Shown piece after piece: positions 10,616 through 22,800 of a DNA stretch of 64,000 nucleotides (its first letter is position 1; every line of letters begins with the position of its first letter). Location: positions 198,648,001 through 198,712,000 of the forward strand of contig NC_091288.1 in assembly GCF_032444005.1 (NCBI RefSeq). The letters run 5' to 3'. This DNA is from Ranitomeya imitator. Its lineage: Eukaryota. Under the pieces are notes generated by a model. The model made no database searches. It had not been told where the DNA came from and worked only from the letters and a program-made list of their open reading frames with translations. A program made the position numbers and the translations under genes.

Positions 10616-11617
10616 TCAGTAGCAATCTGCATCGTGCATTTCTTCCCCCCATAAGGTTGCTTTGACGTCCTGCAGCAGTGACCGGGGAGTTTCGTGTACA
10701 TGATCGCTGTTTTTCGGAAGGGGACATTTTATGTTATCCAAATCCATCTTCTGTATGACACCAGTGGCCCAATCTGGTGGGCGACCCTGCCGGCCCCAGC
10801 ACCGTCCCCGCCTGCCATTTGCTTCTCTTTTATCGTGTGCTCCAGCCAGTCTCTTCCATGCTGTTCGGAGGGATCAGTGTCCCCATTACACAGTTTGGGC
10901 TTCACAGCAAGAAGGATTTCACAAAACTTTAATGCCACTGGCCGGTCACAGTCACACAGACAAGTCAATAAGGCCGGAAAAAGCCCGACTCATTCACATG
11001 TAACCAGAGCGTCGGAGATGGAACCTGAGCTTCTGCTAGATGGCAGCCCTATAGTGTAAGGGCACGTTAGGGACGGTCCCATCTCCAATGTTTGGGACAT
11101 ATAGGAATGTGCCAGGTCCACTGCGTTCACCTTCACCTCCCAATCCAAGTCACTGCACGTCATCTCCAAAATCTGGGACAGCACGGTGTCCGAGTCTTGG
11201 AGTTTTTGCATGCGACCATTCCTTAGCAAGTCATTAAACATCTTTACCACCGCCCTCCTGGGGAAACCTTTCATTCCATGGGGCACCAGAGCCTGTAGGA
11301 AGGACACAATTATTGATTATTAACCTTCCATAGCATATCATCCCGCACCACAGCGGAGACACTTGAGGGCACATAGAGGCGGGTTATCATCACTTGTGCC
11401 TTCTCCTTTGCTACAGCTCGAAGTATCGGCAATGCTGATGAGAATACTGGGCCCAGCGATCACTTGGCTGGATATGGAAACGTGGAGAGGAAAAACGAGG
11501 ATGATGACAGGGATTACAGCAGCACCCCACGTGCAGATGGCGGTGCCTAGAAAATCTAGTACATCTGCCTCATTTTGGAGAGGTGCACTGCTGACATGAA
11601 GGATTGATAATCTCTCC
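10616..11617 (-). pseudogene. BRAT1: BRAT1 terminal-exon fragment, copy B
   Basis: KGFPRRAVVKMFNDLLRNG...SDLDWEVKVNAV, CDCDRPVALKFCEILL, ...HDADCY*; diverged tandem duplicate of copy A (~1.5-kb period). Confidence 0.82.
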
Positions 11618-11620
11618 CTG

Positions 11621-11998
11621 AGAGAGAGAAAGAGAGAGATAAAGTGAAAGAGAGAGAATGAGAAAGAAGGAGATAGAGAGAAAGAAAGGGAGAAAGAGAG
11701 AGAGAGAGACAAAGAGACATAAAGAGAGAGAGAGAGAAGTAGAGAGAAGAGAGATAAAGAAAGAGAGAAGGAGAGAGATAGATATAAAGTAAGAAAAAGA
11801 GAAAGCAAGGGAAAGAGAGGGAGAGAGAGAAATAGAAAGGAAGAAAGAGTAAGAGTGAGAGAAAGATTTAGAGAAAAAAGAAGAGAGAAAGAAAGAGAGG
11901 AGAGCGAAGAGAGAAAGGAGAGAAGGAAATAATGAAAGAGAGGAGAGAGAAATAGAGATTAAGAAAGAGGGAGAGAGAGAGAAAGAAGAAGAGAGGGG
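11621..11998. repeat. GA-rich low-complexity tract
   Basis: Almost exclusively A/G; paralogous to 10119-10440. Confidence 0.95.
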
Positions 11999-12000
11999 AG

Positions 12001-12208
12001 ACTGCTCTATATACTGTACACTCTGGTCTATAAATTGTACACACTGCTGTATATACTTTACACACTGCTCTATATACTGTACACACTGCTGTATGTACTG
12101 TACACACTGGCTCTATATACTGTGCACACTGCTGTATATACTGTGTACTCTGCTGTATATACTGTGTACTCTGCTGTATATACTGTACACTCTGCTGTAT
12201 ATACTGTA
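12001..12208. repeat. ~21-bp minisatellite (CTGCTGTATATACTGTACACA-like), about 10 units
   Basis: Recurrent TATATACTGT; gives the QQSxQYI periodicity in ORF 11868-12233. Confidence 0.85.
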
Positions 12209-13046
12209 CCCTCTCCTCTAGTATCAGTGACACTTATTACACTGCTGATCTGGGCTGTGCAGATGTGATGTTGTGCACTATATATACTATGTACAGCTGT
12301 GTTCTCTGTGTAGACGCTGGATTTTGTGTCTCCGCTTTTCTCCCAATATTCCCCTTTTACACAATAGTGGGGGTCACATAAATCCATTAATATTTCAGTT
12401 TTCTCCCCGGAGATGTTTATGTGTTTGGTTGGGGAGTCGCAGTGTGCAGCTGTCGCCTCATCAGAGCTCTTCGCACCATGACAGGCCGCAGCGGTCACAG
12501 CTTCACACTGGGTAAGACACGATATCAGGCAGGTGATTGCAATCAGCCACCGATGTGGATCATCTACTGGTGTGGAACACGTGTCCCCCCAATCCTCTGC
12601 ACATACGGGGTACAGTGACACCACAGGTCAGGGAGGTGGCAGTCAGCGGAGGCCGTCGCCTGTGTTACCCTTCTGGGTTGTCAGCAGCTCCAGCTCGTCC
12701 CCACATCGTACAATCAGCTTCCTGTGCGATAGACATAGGAGTAAAGATCCCTGTGATGGTGACAGGAGCCGGGAATAGGAGGAACGAGCTCCCGCAGCAG
12801 ATTTATCTCCCCGGATACACAGTGATGTGCAGATCGGGAGGACGGCGGCGATGATCCCGGGATTTCCTCTCCGCTCTTTCCCGGCATCTCTGCTAGTGAC
12901 GGCTACAAATGGCCGGTGGAGATGTTGGAGAAGGGGAGGCGACGGAGGAATCGCGCTCTGCTGTCCGGTGTTAGCCGGTAAAGGGCTTTTATCCCGGGCA
13001 GGGAAGCACAAGGGGAGAGCGGAGCTTCACTCGGACTCAGCTGGGA

Positions 13047-13138
13047 GGGGGCGGGGCCTGTGTCCAGTGTCAGCCAATAGAAGCTCAGGACGGTGCTGCT
13101 CAGCAGCCAATCAGTGCGCAGTAAGCCTGTACATATAA
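13047..13138 (+). promoter_or_regulatory. H1 promoter: GC box, two CCAAT boxes, CATATAA
   Basis: GGGGGCGGGG ~13047; CCAAT ~13074 and ~13107; ACATATAAC ~13131. Confidence 0.7.
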
Positions 13139-13215
13139 CAGGCGCCTCCAGCTCCGGCCTCAGTGCTTTCCTTCCTATCAGGAAATATTTTCATTTTGTA
13201 TTTCCGCAGCACATG

Positions 13216-13839
13216 ATGGCAGAGACCGCGCCAGCCGCCGCTCCCCCTCCCGCAGAACCGGCCGCCAAATCCAAGAAGCAGCCGAAGAAATCTGCTGCCA
13301 AGAAGAGCAATAAACCCTCCGGCCCCAGCGTCTCCGAGCTGATCGTGAAAGCCGTGTCCGCCTCCAAGGAGCGCAGCGGGGTGTCTCTGGCCGCCCTGAA
13401 GAAGGCTCTGTCTGCTGGAGGATACGATGTAGAGAAGAACAACAGCCGCCTGAAGCTGGCCGTCAGGTCTCTGGTCACCAAGGGCGCCCTCCTCCAGGTG
13501 AAGGGCAGCGGCGCCTCCGGGTCCTTTAAGCTGAACAAGAAGCAGGAGACGAAGGACAAAGTGGCCAAGACGAAGCCAGCAGCTGCGGCCAAACCTAAGA
13601 AACCCGCTGCTGCCAAGAAAGCCGCCAAATCTCCGAAGAAGCCCAAGAAGGCTCCGACTGCGGCCAAGAAGAGCCCGAAAAAGGCCAAGAAGCCCGCAGC
13701 GGCCAAGAGCCCCAAGAAGCCGAAAGCCGCTCCCAAGCCCAAGAAGGTGACGAAGAGTCCGGCGAAGAAGGCGGCCAAACCCGCCAAGAGTCCGGCTAAG
13801 AAGGCTGCGAAAGCCAAGAAGCCCGCGGCTAAGAAATAA
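13216..13839 (+). CDS. H1: Linker histone H1, 207 aa (alternative ATG at 13213)
   Basis: MAETAPAA...[30 protein letters not shown]...[13 protein letters not shown] plus a K/A/P-rich tail; the ATG at 13216 has the better Kozak context. Confidence 0.97.
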   Translation: MAETAPAAAPPPAEPAAKSKKQPKKSAAKKSNKPSGPSVSELIVKAVSASKERSGVSLAALKKALSAGGYDVEKNNSRLKLAVRSLVTKGALLQVKGSGASGSFKLNKKQETKDKVAKTKPAAAAKPKKPAAAKKAAKSPKKPKKAPTAAKKSPKKAKKPAAAKSPKKPKAAPKPKKVTKSPAKKAAKPAKSPAKKAAKAKKPAAKK

Positions 13840-13867
13840 GCTGCAGCCCCTGTTCTGTTACCACAAA

Positions 13868-13883
13868 GGCTCTTATAAGAGCC
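13868..13883 (+). terminator. Histone 3' stem-loop of H1 (GGCTCT-TATA-AGAGCC); HDE AGAGCTGTA at 13900-13908
   Basis: Follows the stop codon by ~28 nt; flanked by CACAAA and ACCAC. Confidence 0.93.
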
Positions 13884-16800
13884 ACCACCTCCTCCCCGCA
13901 GAGCTGTATGATCAGTGCCACCACCTCCTCCCCGCAGAGCTGTATGATCATAGCCACCCTCTCCTCCCTGCAGAGCTGTATGATCAGAGAAATCACCTCC
14001 TCCCCGCAGAGCTGTATGATCAGAGCCACCATCTCCTCCCCGCAGAGCTGTATGATCAGTGCCACCACTTCCTCCCCGCAGAGCTGTATGATCAGAGCCA
14101 CCACCTCCTCCCCGCAGAGATGTATGATCAGAGCCACCACCTCCTCCCCGCAGAGATGTATGATCAGAGCCACCACCTCCTCCCTGCAGAGCTGTATGAT
14201 CAGAGAAATCACCTCCTCCCCGCAGAGCTGTATGATCAGTGCCACCACCTCCTCCCCGCAGAGCTGTATGATCAGTGCCACCTCCTCCTCCCCGCAGAGC
14301 TGTATGATCAGTGCCACCACCTCCTCCCCGCAGAGCTGTATGATCAGTGCCACCACCTCCTCCCCGCAGAGCTGTATGATCAGTGCCACCACCTCCTCCC
14401 CGCAGAGCTGTATGATCAGTGCCACCTCCTCCTCCCCGCAGAGCTGTATGATCAGAGCCACCACCTCTTCCCTGCAGAGCTGTATGATCAGAGAAATCAC
14501 CTCCTCCCCGCACAGCTGTATGATCAATACCACCACCTCCTCCCCGCAGAGCTGTATGATCAGAGCCACCACCTCCTCCCCGCAGGGCTGTATGATCAGT
14601 GCCACCACCTCCTCCCCGCACAGCTGTATGATCAGTGCCACCAACTCCTCCCCGCAGAGCTGCATGATCAGAGCCACCACCTCCTCCCCGCAGAGCTGTA
14701 TGATCAGAGCCACCACCTCCTCCCCGCAGAGCTGTATGATCAGTGCCACCACCTCCTCCCCGCAGAGCTGTATCATCAGTGCCACCACCTACTCCTCCCT
14801 GCAGAGCTGTATGATCAGAGAAATCACCTCCACCCCGCAGAGCTGTATGATCAGTGCCACCACCTCCTCCCCGCAGAGCTGTATCATCAGTGCCACCACC
14901 TACTCCTCCCTGCAGAGCTGTATGATCAGAGAAATCACCTCCACCCCGCAGAGCTGTATGATCAGTGCCACCACCTTCTCCCCCGCAGAGCTGTATGATC
15001 AGAGCCACCACTTCCTCCCCGCAGAGCTGTATAATCAGTGCCACCACCTCCACCCCGCAGAGCTGTATGATCAGAGAAATCACCTCCACCCCGCAGAGCT
15101 GTATGATCAGAGCCACCACCTCCTCCCCGCAGAGCTGTATGATCAGAGCCAACACCCTCTCCCCGCAGAGCTGTATAATCAGTGCCACCACCTCCTCCCC
15201 GCAGAGCTGTATGATCAGTGCCACCACCCTCTCCCCGCAGAGCTGTATAATCAGTGCCACCACCTCCTCCCCGCAGAGCTGTATGATCAGTATGATCAGA
15301 GCTGTATGATCAGAGAAATCACCTCCTCCCCGCACAGCTGTATGATCAGTACCACCACCTCCTCCCCGCAGAGCTGTATGATCAGAGCCACCACCTCCTC
15401 CCCGCAGAGCTGTATGATCAGAGCCACCACTTCCTCCCCGCAGAGCTGTATAATCAGTGCCACCACCTCCACCCCGCAGAGCTGTATGATCAGAGAAATC
15501 ACCTCCACCCCGCAGAGCTGTATGATCAGAGCCACCACCTCCTCCCCGCAGAGCTGTATGATCAGAGCCACCACCCTCTCCCCGCAGAGCTGTATAATCA
15601 GTGCCACTACCTCCTCCCCGCAGAGCTGTATGATCAGTGCCACCACCTCCTCACCGCAGAGCTGTATGATCAGTGCCACCACCTCCTCCCCGCAGAGCTG
15701 TATGATCAGTGCCACCTCCTCCTCCCCGCAGAGCTGTATGATCAGTGCCACCTCCTCCTCCCCGCAGAGCTGTATGATCAGAGCCACCACCTCCTCCCTG
15801 CAGAGCTGTATGATCAGAGAAATCACCTCCTCCCCGCACAGCTGTATGATCAGTACCACCACCTCCTCCCCGCAGAGCTGTATGATCAGAGCCACCACCT
15901 CCTCCCCGCAGAGCTGTATGATCAGAGCCACCACCTCCTCCCCGCAGAGCTGTATGATCAGAGCCACCTCCTCCTCCCCGCAGAGCTGTATGATCAGTGC
16001 CACCACCTCCTCCCCGCAGAGCTGTATGATCAGTGTCACCACCTCCTCCCCGCAGAGCTGTATGATCAGTGCCACCACCTCCTCCCCGCAGAGCTGTATG
16101 ATCAGTGCCACCTCCTCCTCCCCGCAGAGCTGTATGATCAGAGCCACCACCTCCTCCCCGCAGAGCTGTATGATCAGAGCCACCACCTCCTCCCTGCAGA
16201 GCTGTATGATCAGAGAAATCACCTCCTCCCCGCAGAGCTGTATGATCAGTGCCACCACCTCCTCCCCGCAGAGCTGTATCATCAGTGCCACCACCTACTC
16301 CTCCCTGCAGAGCTGTATGATCAGAGAAATCACCTCCACCCCGCAGAGCTGTATGATCAGTGCCACCACCTTCTCCCCCGCAGAGCTGTATGATCAGAGC
16401 CACCACTTCCTCCCCGCAGAGCTGTATAATCAGTGCCACCACCTCCACCCCGCAGAGCTGTATGATCAGAGAAATCACCTCCACCCCGCAGAGCTGTATG
16501 ATCAGAGCCACCACCTCCTCCCCGCAGAGCTGTATGATCAGAGCCACCACCCTCTCCCCGCAGAGCTGTATAATCAGTGCCACCACCTCCTCCCCGCAGA
16601 GCTGTATGATCAGTGCCACCACCCTCTCCCCGCAGAGCTGTATAATCAGTGCCACCACCTCCTCCCCGCAGAGCTGTATGATCAGTATGATCAGAGCTGT
16701 ATGATCAGAGAAATCACCTCCTCCCCGCACAGCTGTATGATCAGTACCACCACCTCCTCCCCGCAGAGCTGTATGATCAGAGCCACCACCTCCTCCCCGC

Positions 16801-19800
16801 AGAGCTGTATGATCAGAGCCACCACTTCCTCCCCGCAGAGCTGTATAATCAGTGCCACCACCTCCACCCCGCAGAGCTGTATGATCAGAGAAATCACCTC
16901 CACCCCGCAGAGCTGTATGATCAGAGCCACCACCTCCTCCCCGCAGAGCTGTATGATCAGAGCCACCACCCTCTCCCCGCAGAGCTGTATAATCAGTGCC
17001 ACCACCTCCTCCCCGCAGAGCTGTATGATCAGTGCCACCACTTCCTCACCGCAGAGCTGTATGATCAGTGCCACCACCTCCTCCCCGCAGAGCTGTATGA
17101 TCAGTGCCACCTCCTCCTCCCCGCAGAGCTGTATGATCAGTGCCACCTCCTCCTCCCCGCAGAGCTGTATGATCAGAGCCACCACCTCCTCCCTGCAGAG
17201 CTGTATGATCAGAGAAATCACCTCCTCCCCGCACAGCTGTATGATCAGTACCACCACCTCCTCCCCGCAGAGCTGTATGATCAGAGCCACCACCTCCTCC
17301 CCGCAGAGCTGTATGATCAGAGCCACCACCTCCTCCCCGCAGAGCTGTATGATCAGAGCCACCTCCTCCTCCCCGCAGAGCTGTATGATCAGTGCCACCA
17401 CCTCCTCCCCGCAGAGCTGTATGATCAGTGCCACCACCTCCTCCCCGCAGAGCTGTATGATCAGTGCCACCACCTCCTCCCCGCAGAGCTGTATGATCAG
17501 TGCCACCTCCTCCTCCCCGCAGAGCTGTATGATCAGAGCCACCACCTCCTCCCCGCAGAGCTGTATGATCAGAGCCACCACCTCCTCCCTGCAGAGCTGT
17601 ATGATCAGAGAAATCACCTCCTCCCCGCACAGCTGTATGATCAGTACCACCACCTCCTCCCCGCAGAGCTGTATGATCAGAGCCACCACCTCCTCCCCGC
17701 AGAGCTGTATGATCAGAGCCACCACCTCCTCCCTGCAGAGCTGTATGATCAGAGAAATCACCTCCTCCCCGCAGAGCTGTATGATCAGTGCCACCACCTC
17801 CTCCCCGCAGAGCTGTATGATCAGTGCCACCACCTCCTCCCCGCAGAGCTGTATGATCAGTGCCACCACCTCCTCCCCGCAGAGCTGTATGATCAGTGCC
17901 ACCACCTCCTCCCCGCAGAGCTGTATGATCAGTGCCACCTCCTCCTCCCCGCAGAGCTGCATGATCAGTGCCACCACCTCCTCCCCGCAGAGCTGTATGA
18001 TCAGTGCCACCACCTCCTCCCCGCAGAGCTGTATGATCAGTGCCATCACCTCCTCCCCGCAGAGCTGTATGATCAGTGCCACCTCAACCTCCCCGCAGAG
18101 CTGTATGATCAGAGCCACCACCTCCTCCCTGCAGAGCTGTATGATCAGAGAAATCACCTCCTCCCCGCACAGCTGTATGATCAGTGCCACCACCTCCTCC
18201 CCGCAGAGCTGCATGATCAGAGCCACCACCTCCTCTCCGCAGAGCTGTATGATCAGAGCCACCACCTCCTCCCTGCAGAGCTGTGTGATCAGAGAAATCA
18301 CCTCCTCCCCGGAGAGCCGTATGATCAGTGCCACCACCTTCTCCCCGCAGAGCTGTATGATCAGAGCCACCACATTCTCCTCGCAGAGCTGTAGGATTAG
18401 AGCCATCACCTCCTCCCCGCAGAGCTGTATGATCAGTGCCACCACCCTCTCCCCGCAGAGCTGTATGATCAGAGCCACCACCTACTCCCCTCAGACCTGT
18501 ATGATCAGAGCCATAACCTCCTCCTCCCTGCAGAGCTGTATGATCAGAGAAATCACCTCCTCCCCGGAGAGCTGTATGATCAGTGCCAACACCTTCTCCC
18601 CGCAGAGCTGTATGATCAGTGCCATCACCTCCTCCCTGCAGAGCTGTATGATCAGTGCCACCACCTCCTCCACGCAGAGCTGTACGATCAGTGCCACCAC
18701 CTCCTCCCCGCAGAGCTGTATGATCAGTGCCACCACTTCCTCCCCGCAGAGCTGTATGATCAGTGCCACCACCTCCTCCCCGCAGAGCTGTATGATCAGT
18801 GCCACCACCTCCTCCCCGCAGAGCTGTATGATCAGTGCCACCTCCTCCTCCCCGCAGAGCTGTATGATCAGTGCCACCACCTCCTCCCCGCAGAGCTGTA
18901 TCATCAGTGCCACCACCTACTCCTCCCTGCAGAGCTGTCTGATCAGAGAAATCACCTCCACCCCGCAGAGCTGTATGATCAGTGCCACCACCTTCTCCCC
19001 CGCAGAGCTGTATGATCAGTGCCACCACCTCCTCCCCGCAGAGCTGTATGATCAGAGCCACCACCTCCTCCCTGCAGAGCTGTATGATCAGAGAAATCAC
19101 CTCCTCCCCGCACAGCTGTATGATCAGTGCCACCACCTCCTCCCCGCAGAGCTGTATGATCAGTGCCACCACCTCCTCCCCGCACAGCTGTATGATCAGT
19201 GCCACCACCTCCTCCCCGCAGAGCTGCATGATCAGAGCCACCACCTCCTCCCCGCAGAGCTGTATGATCAGAGCCACCACCTCCTCCCTGCAGAGCTGTA
19301 TGATCAGAGAAATCACCTCCTCCCCGGAGAGCCGTATGATCAGTGCCACCACCTTCTCCCCGCAGAGCTGTATGATCAGTGCCACCACCTCCTCCCCGCA
19401 GAGCTGTATGATCAGTGCCACCACCTCCTCCCCGCAGAGCTGTATGATCAGTGCCACCACCTCCTCCCCGCAGAGCTGTATGATCAGTGCCACCTCCTCC
19501 TCCCCGCAGAGCTGTATGATCAGAGCCACCACCTCCTCCCTGCAGAGCTGTATGATCAGAGAAATCACCTCCTCCCCGCACAGCTGTATGATCAGTGCCA
19601 CCACCTCCTCCCCGCAGAGCTGTATGATCAGTGCCACCACCTCCTCCCCGCAGAGCTGTATGATCAGTGCCACCTCCTCCTCCCCGCAGAGCTGTATGAT
19701 CAGAGCCACCACCTCCTCCCCGCAGAGCTGTATGATCAGTGCCACCACCTCCTCCCCGCAGAGCTGTATCATCAGTGCCACCACCTACTCCTCCCTGCAG

Positions 19801-22800
19801 AGCTGTATGATCAGAGAAATCACCTCCACCCCGCAGAGCTGTATGATCAGTGCCACCACCTCCTCCCCGCAGAGCTGTATGATCAGAGAAATCACCTCCA
19901 CCCCGCAGAGCTGTATGATCAGTGCCACCACCTTCTCCCCCGCAGAGCTGTATGATCAGAGCCACCACTTCCTCCCCGCAGAGCTGTATGATCAGTGCCA
20001 CCTCCTCCTCCCCGCAGAGCTGTATGATCAGAGCCACCACCTCCTCCCTGCAGAGCTGTATGATCAGAGAAATCACCTCCTCCCCGCACAGCTGTATGAT
20101 CAGTGCCACCACCTCCTCCCCGCAGAGCTGTATGATCAGTGCCACCACCTCCTCCCCGCAGAGCTGTATGATCAGAGAAATCACCTCCACCCCGCAGAGC
20201 TGTATGATCAGTGCCACCACCTCCTCCCCGCAGAGCTGTATGATCAGAGAAATCACCTCCACCCCGCAGAGCTGTATGATCAGTGCCACCACCTTCTCCC
20301 CCGCAGAGCTGTATGATCAGAGCCACCACTTCCTCCCCGCAGAGCTGTATGATCAGTGCCACCTCCTCCTCCCCGCAGAGCTGTATGATCAGAGCCACCA
20401 CCTCCTCCCTGCAGAGCTGTATGATCAGAGAAATCACCTCCTCCCCGCACAGCTGTATGATCAGTGCCACCACCTCCTCCCCGCAGAGCTGTATGATCAG
20501 TGCCACCACCTCCTCCCCGCAGAGCTGTATGATCAGTGCCACCTCCTCCTCCCCGCAGAGCTGTATGATCAGAGCCACCACCTCCTCCCCGCAGAGCTGT
20601 ATGATCAGTGCCACCACCTCCTCCCCGCAGAGCTGTATGATCAGTGCCACCACCTCCTCCCCGCAGAGCTGTATGATCAGTGCCACCTCCTCCTCCCCGC
20701 AGAGCTGTATGATCAGAGCCACCACCTCCTCCCCGCAGAGCTGTATGATCAGAGCCACCACCTCCTCCCTGCAGAGCTGTATGATCAGAGAAATCACCTC
20801 CTCCCCGCACAGCTGTATGATCAGTACCACCACCTCCTCCCCGCAGAGCTGTATGATCAGAGCCACCACCTCCTCCCCGCAGAGCTGTATGATCAGAGCC
20901 ACCACCTCCTCCCTGCAGAGCTGTATGATCAGAGAAATCACCTCCTCCCCGCAGAGCTGTATGATCAGTGCCACCACCTCCTCCCCGCAGAGCTGTATGA
21001 TCAGTGCCACCACCTCCTCCCCGCAGAGCTGTATGATCAGTGCCACCACCTCCTCCCCGCAGAGCTGTATGATCAGTGCCACCACCTCCTCCCCGCAGAG
21101 CTGTATGATCAGTGCCACCTCCTCCTCCCCGCAGAGCTGCATGATCAGTGCCACCACCTCCTCCCCGCAGAGCTGTATGATCAGTGCCACCACCTCCTCC
21201 CCGCAGAGCTGTATGATCAGTGCCATCACCTCCTCCCCGCAGAGCTGTATGATCAGTGCCACCTCAACCTCCCCGCAGAGCTGTATGATCAGAGCCACCA
21301 CCTCCTCCCTGCAGAGCTGTATGATCAGAGAAATCACCTCCTCCCCGCACAGCTGTATGATCAGTGCCACCACCTCCTCCCCGCAGAGCTGCATGATCAG
21401 AGCCACCACCTCCTCTCCGCAGAGCTGTATGATCAGAGCCACCACCTCCTCCCTGCAGAGCTGTGTGATCAGAGAAATCACCTCCTCCCCGGAGAGCCGT
21501 ATGATCAGTGCCACCACCTTCTCCCCGCAGAGCTGTATGATCAGAGCCACCACATTCTCCTCGCAGAGCTGTAGGATTAGAGCCATCACCTCCTCCCCGC
21601 AGAGCTGTATGATCAGTGCCACCACCCTCTCCCCGCAGAGCTGTATGATCAGAGCCACCACCTACTCCCCTCAGACCTGTATGATCAGAGCCATAACCTC
21701 CTCCTCCCTGCAGAGCTGTATGATCAGAGAAATCACCTCCTCCCCGGAGAGCTGTATGATCAGTGCCAACACCTTCTCCCCGCAGAGCTGTATGATCAGT
21801 GCCATCACCTCCTCCCTGCAGAGCTGTATGATCAGTGCCACCACCTCCTCCACGCAGAGCTGTACGATCAGTGCCACCACCTCCTCCCCGCAGAGCTGTA
21901 TGATCAGTGCCACCACTTCCTCCCCGCAGAGCTGTATGATCAGTGCCACCACCTCCTCCCCGCAGAGCTGTATGATCAGTGCCACCACCTCCTCCCCGCA
22001 GAGCTGTATGATCAGTGCCACCTCCTCCTCCCCGCAGAGCTGTATGATCAGTGCCACCACCTCCTCCCCGCAGAGCTGTATCATCAGTGCCACCACCTAC
22101 TCCTCCCTGCAGAGCTGTCTGATCAGAGAAATCACCTCCACCCCGCAGAGCTGTATGATCAGTGCCACCACCTTCTCCCCCGCAGAGCTGTATGATCAGT
22201 GCCACCACCTCCTCCCCGCAGAGCTGTATGATCAGAGCCACCACCTCCTCCCTGCAGAGCTGTATGATCAGAGAAATCACCTCCTCCCCGCACAGCTGTA
22301 TGATCAGTGCCACCACCTCCTCCCCGCAGAGCTGTATGATCAGTGCCACCACCTCCTCCCCGCACAGCTGTATGATCAGTGCCACCACCTCCTCCCCGCA
22401 GAGCTGCATGATCAGAGCCACCACCTCCTCCCCGCAGAGCTGTATGATCAGAGCCACCACCTCCTCCCTGCAGAGCTGTATGATCAGAGAAATCACCTCC
22501 TCCCCGGAGAGCCGTATGATCAGTGCCACCACCTTCTCCCCGCAGAGCTGTATGATCAGTGCCACCACCTCCTCCCCGCAGAGCTGTATGATCAGTGCCA
22601 CCACCTCCTCCCCGCAGAGCTGTATGATCAGTGCCACCACCTCCTCCCCGCAGAGCTGTATGATCAGTGCCACCTCCTCCTCCCCGCAGAGCTGTATGAT
22701 CAGAGCCACCACCTCCTCCCTGCAGAGCTGTATGATCAGAGAAATCACCTCCTCCCCGCACAGCTGTATGATCAGTGCCACCACCTCCTCCCCGCAGAGC

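Noticed and set aside
10052-12233. S/L/F-rich and QYI-rich ORFs
   Set aside because: Translations of GA/CT tracts and the 21-bp minisatellite.
12070-13011. ORFs upstream of H1 (184, 105 and 122 aa), considered as further BRAT1 exons
   Set aside because: No recognisable similarity to BRAT1 or any family I can recall; they partly run into the minisatellite.
13093-13215. 41-aa N-terminal extension of H1 and a possible splice acceptor TTTCCGCAG
   Set aside because: The ORF start is not an ATG in transcribed sequence and lies upstream of the TATA-like box; replication-dependent H1 genes are intronless and the UTR length is normal.
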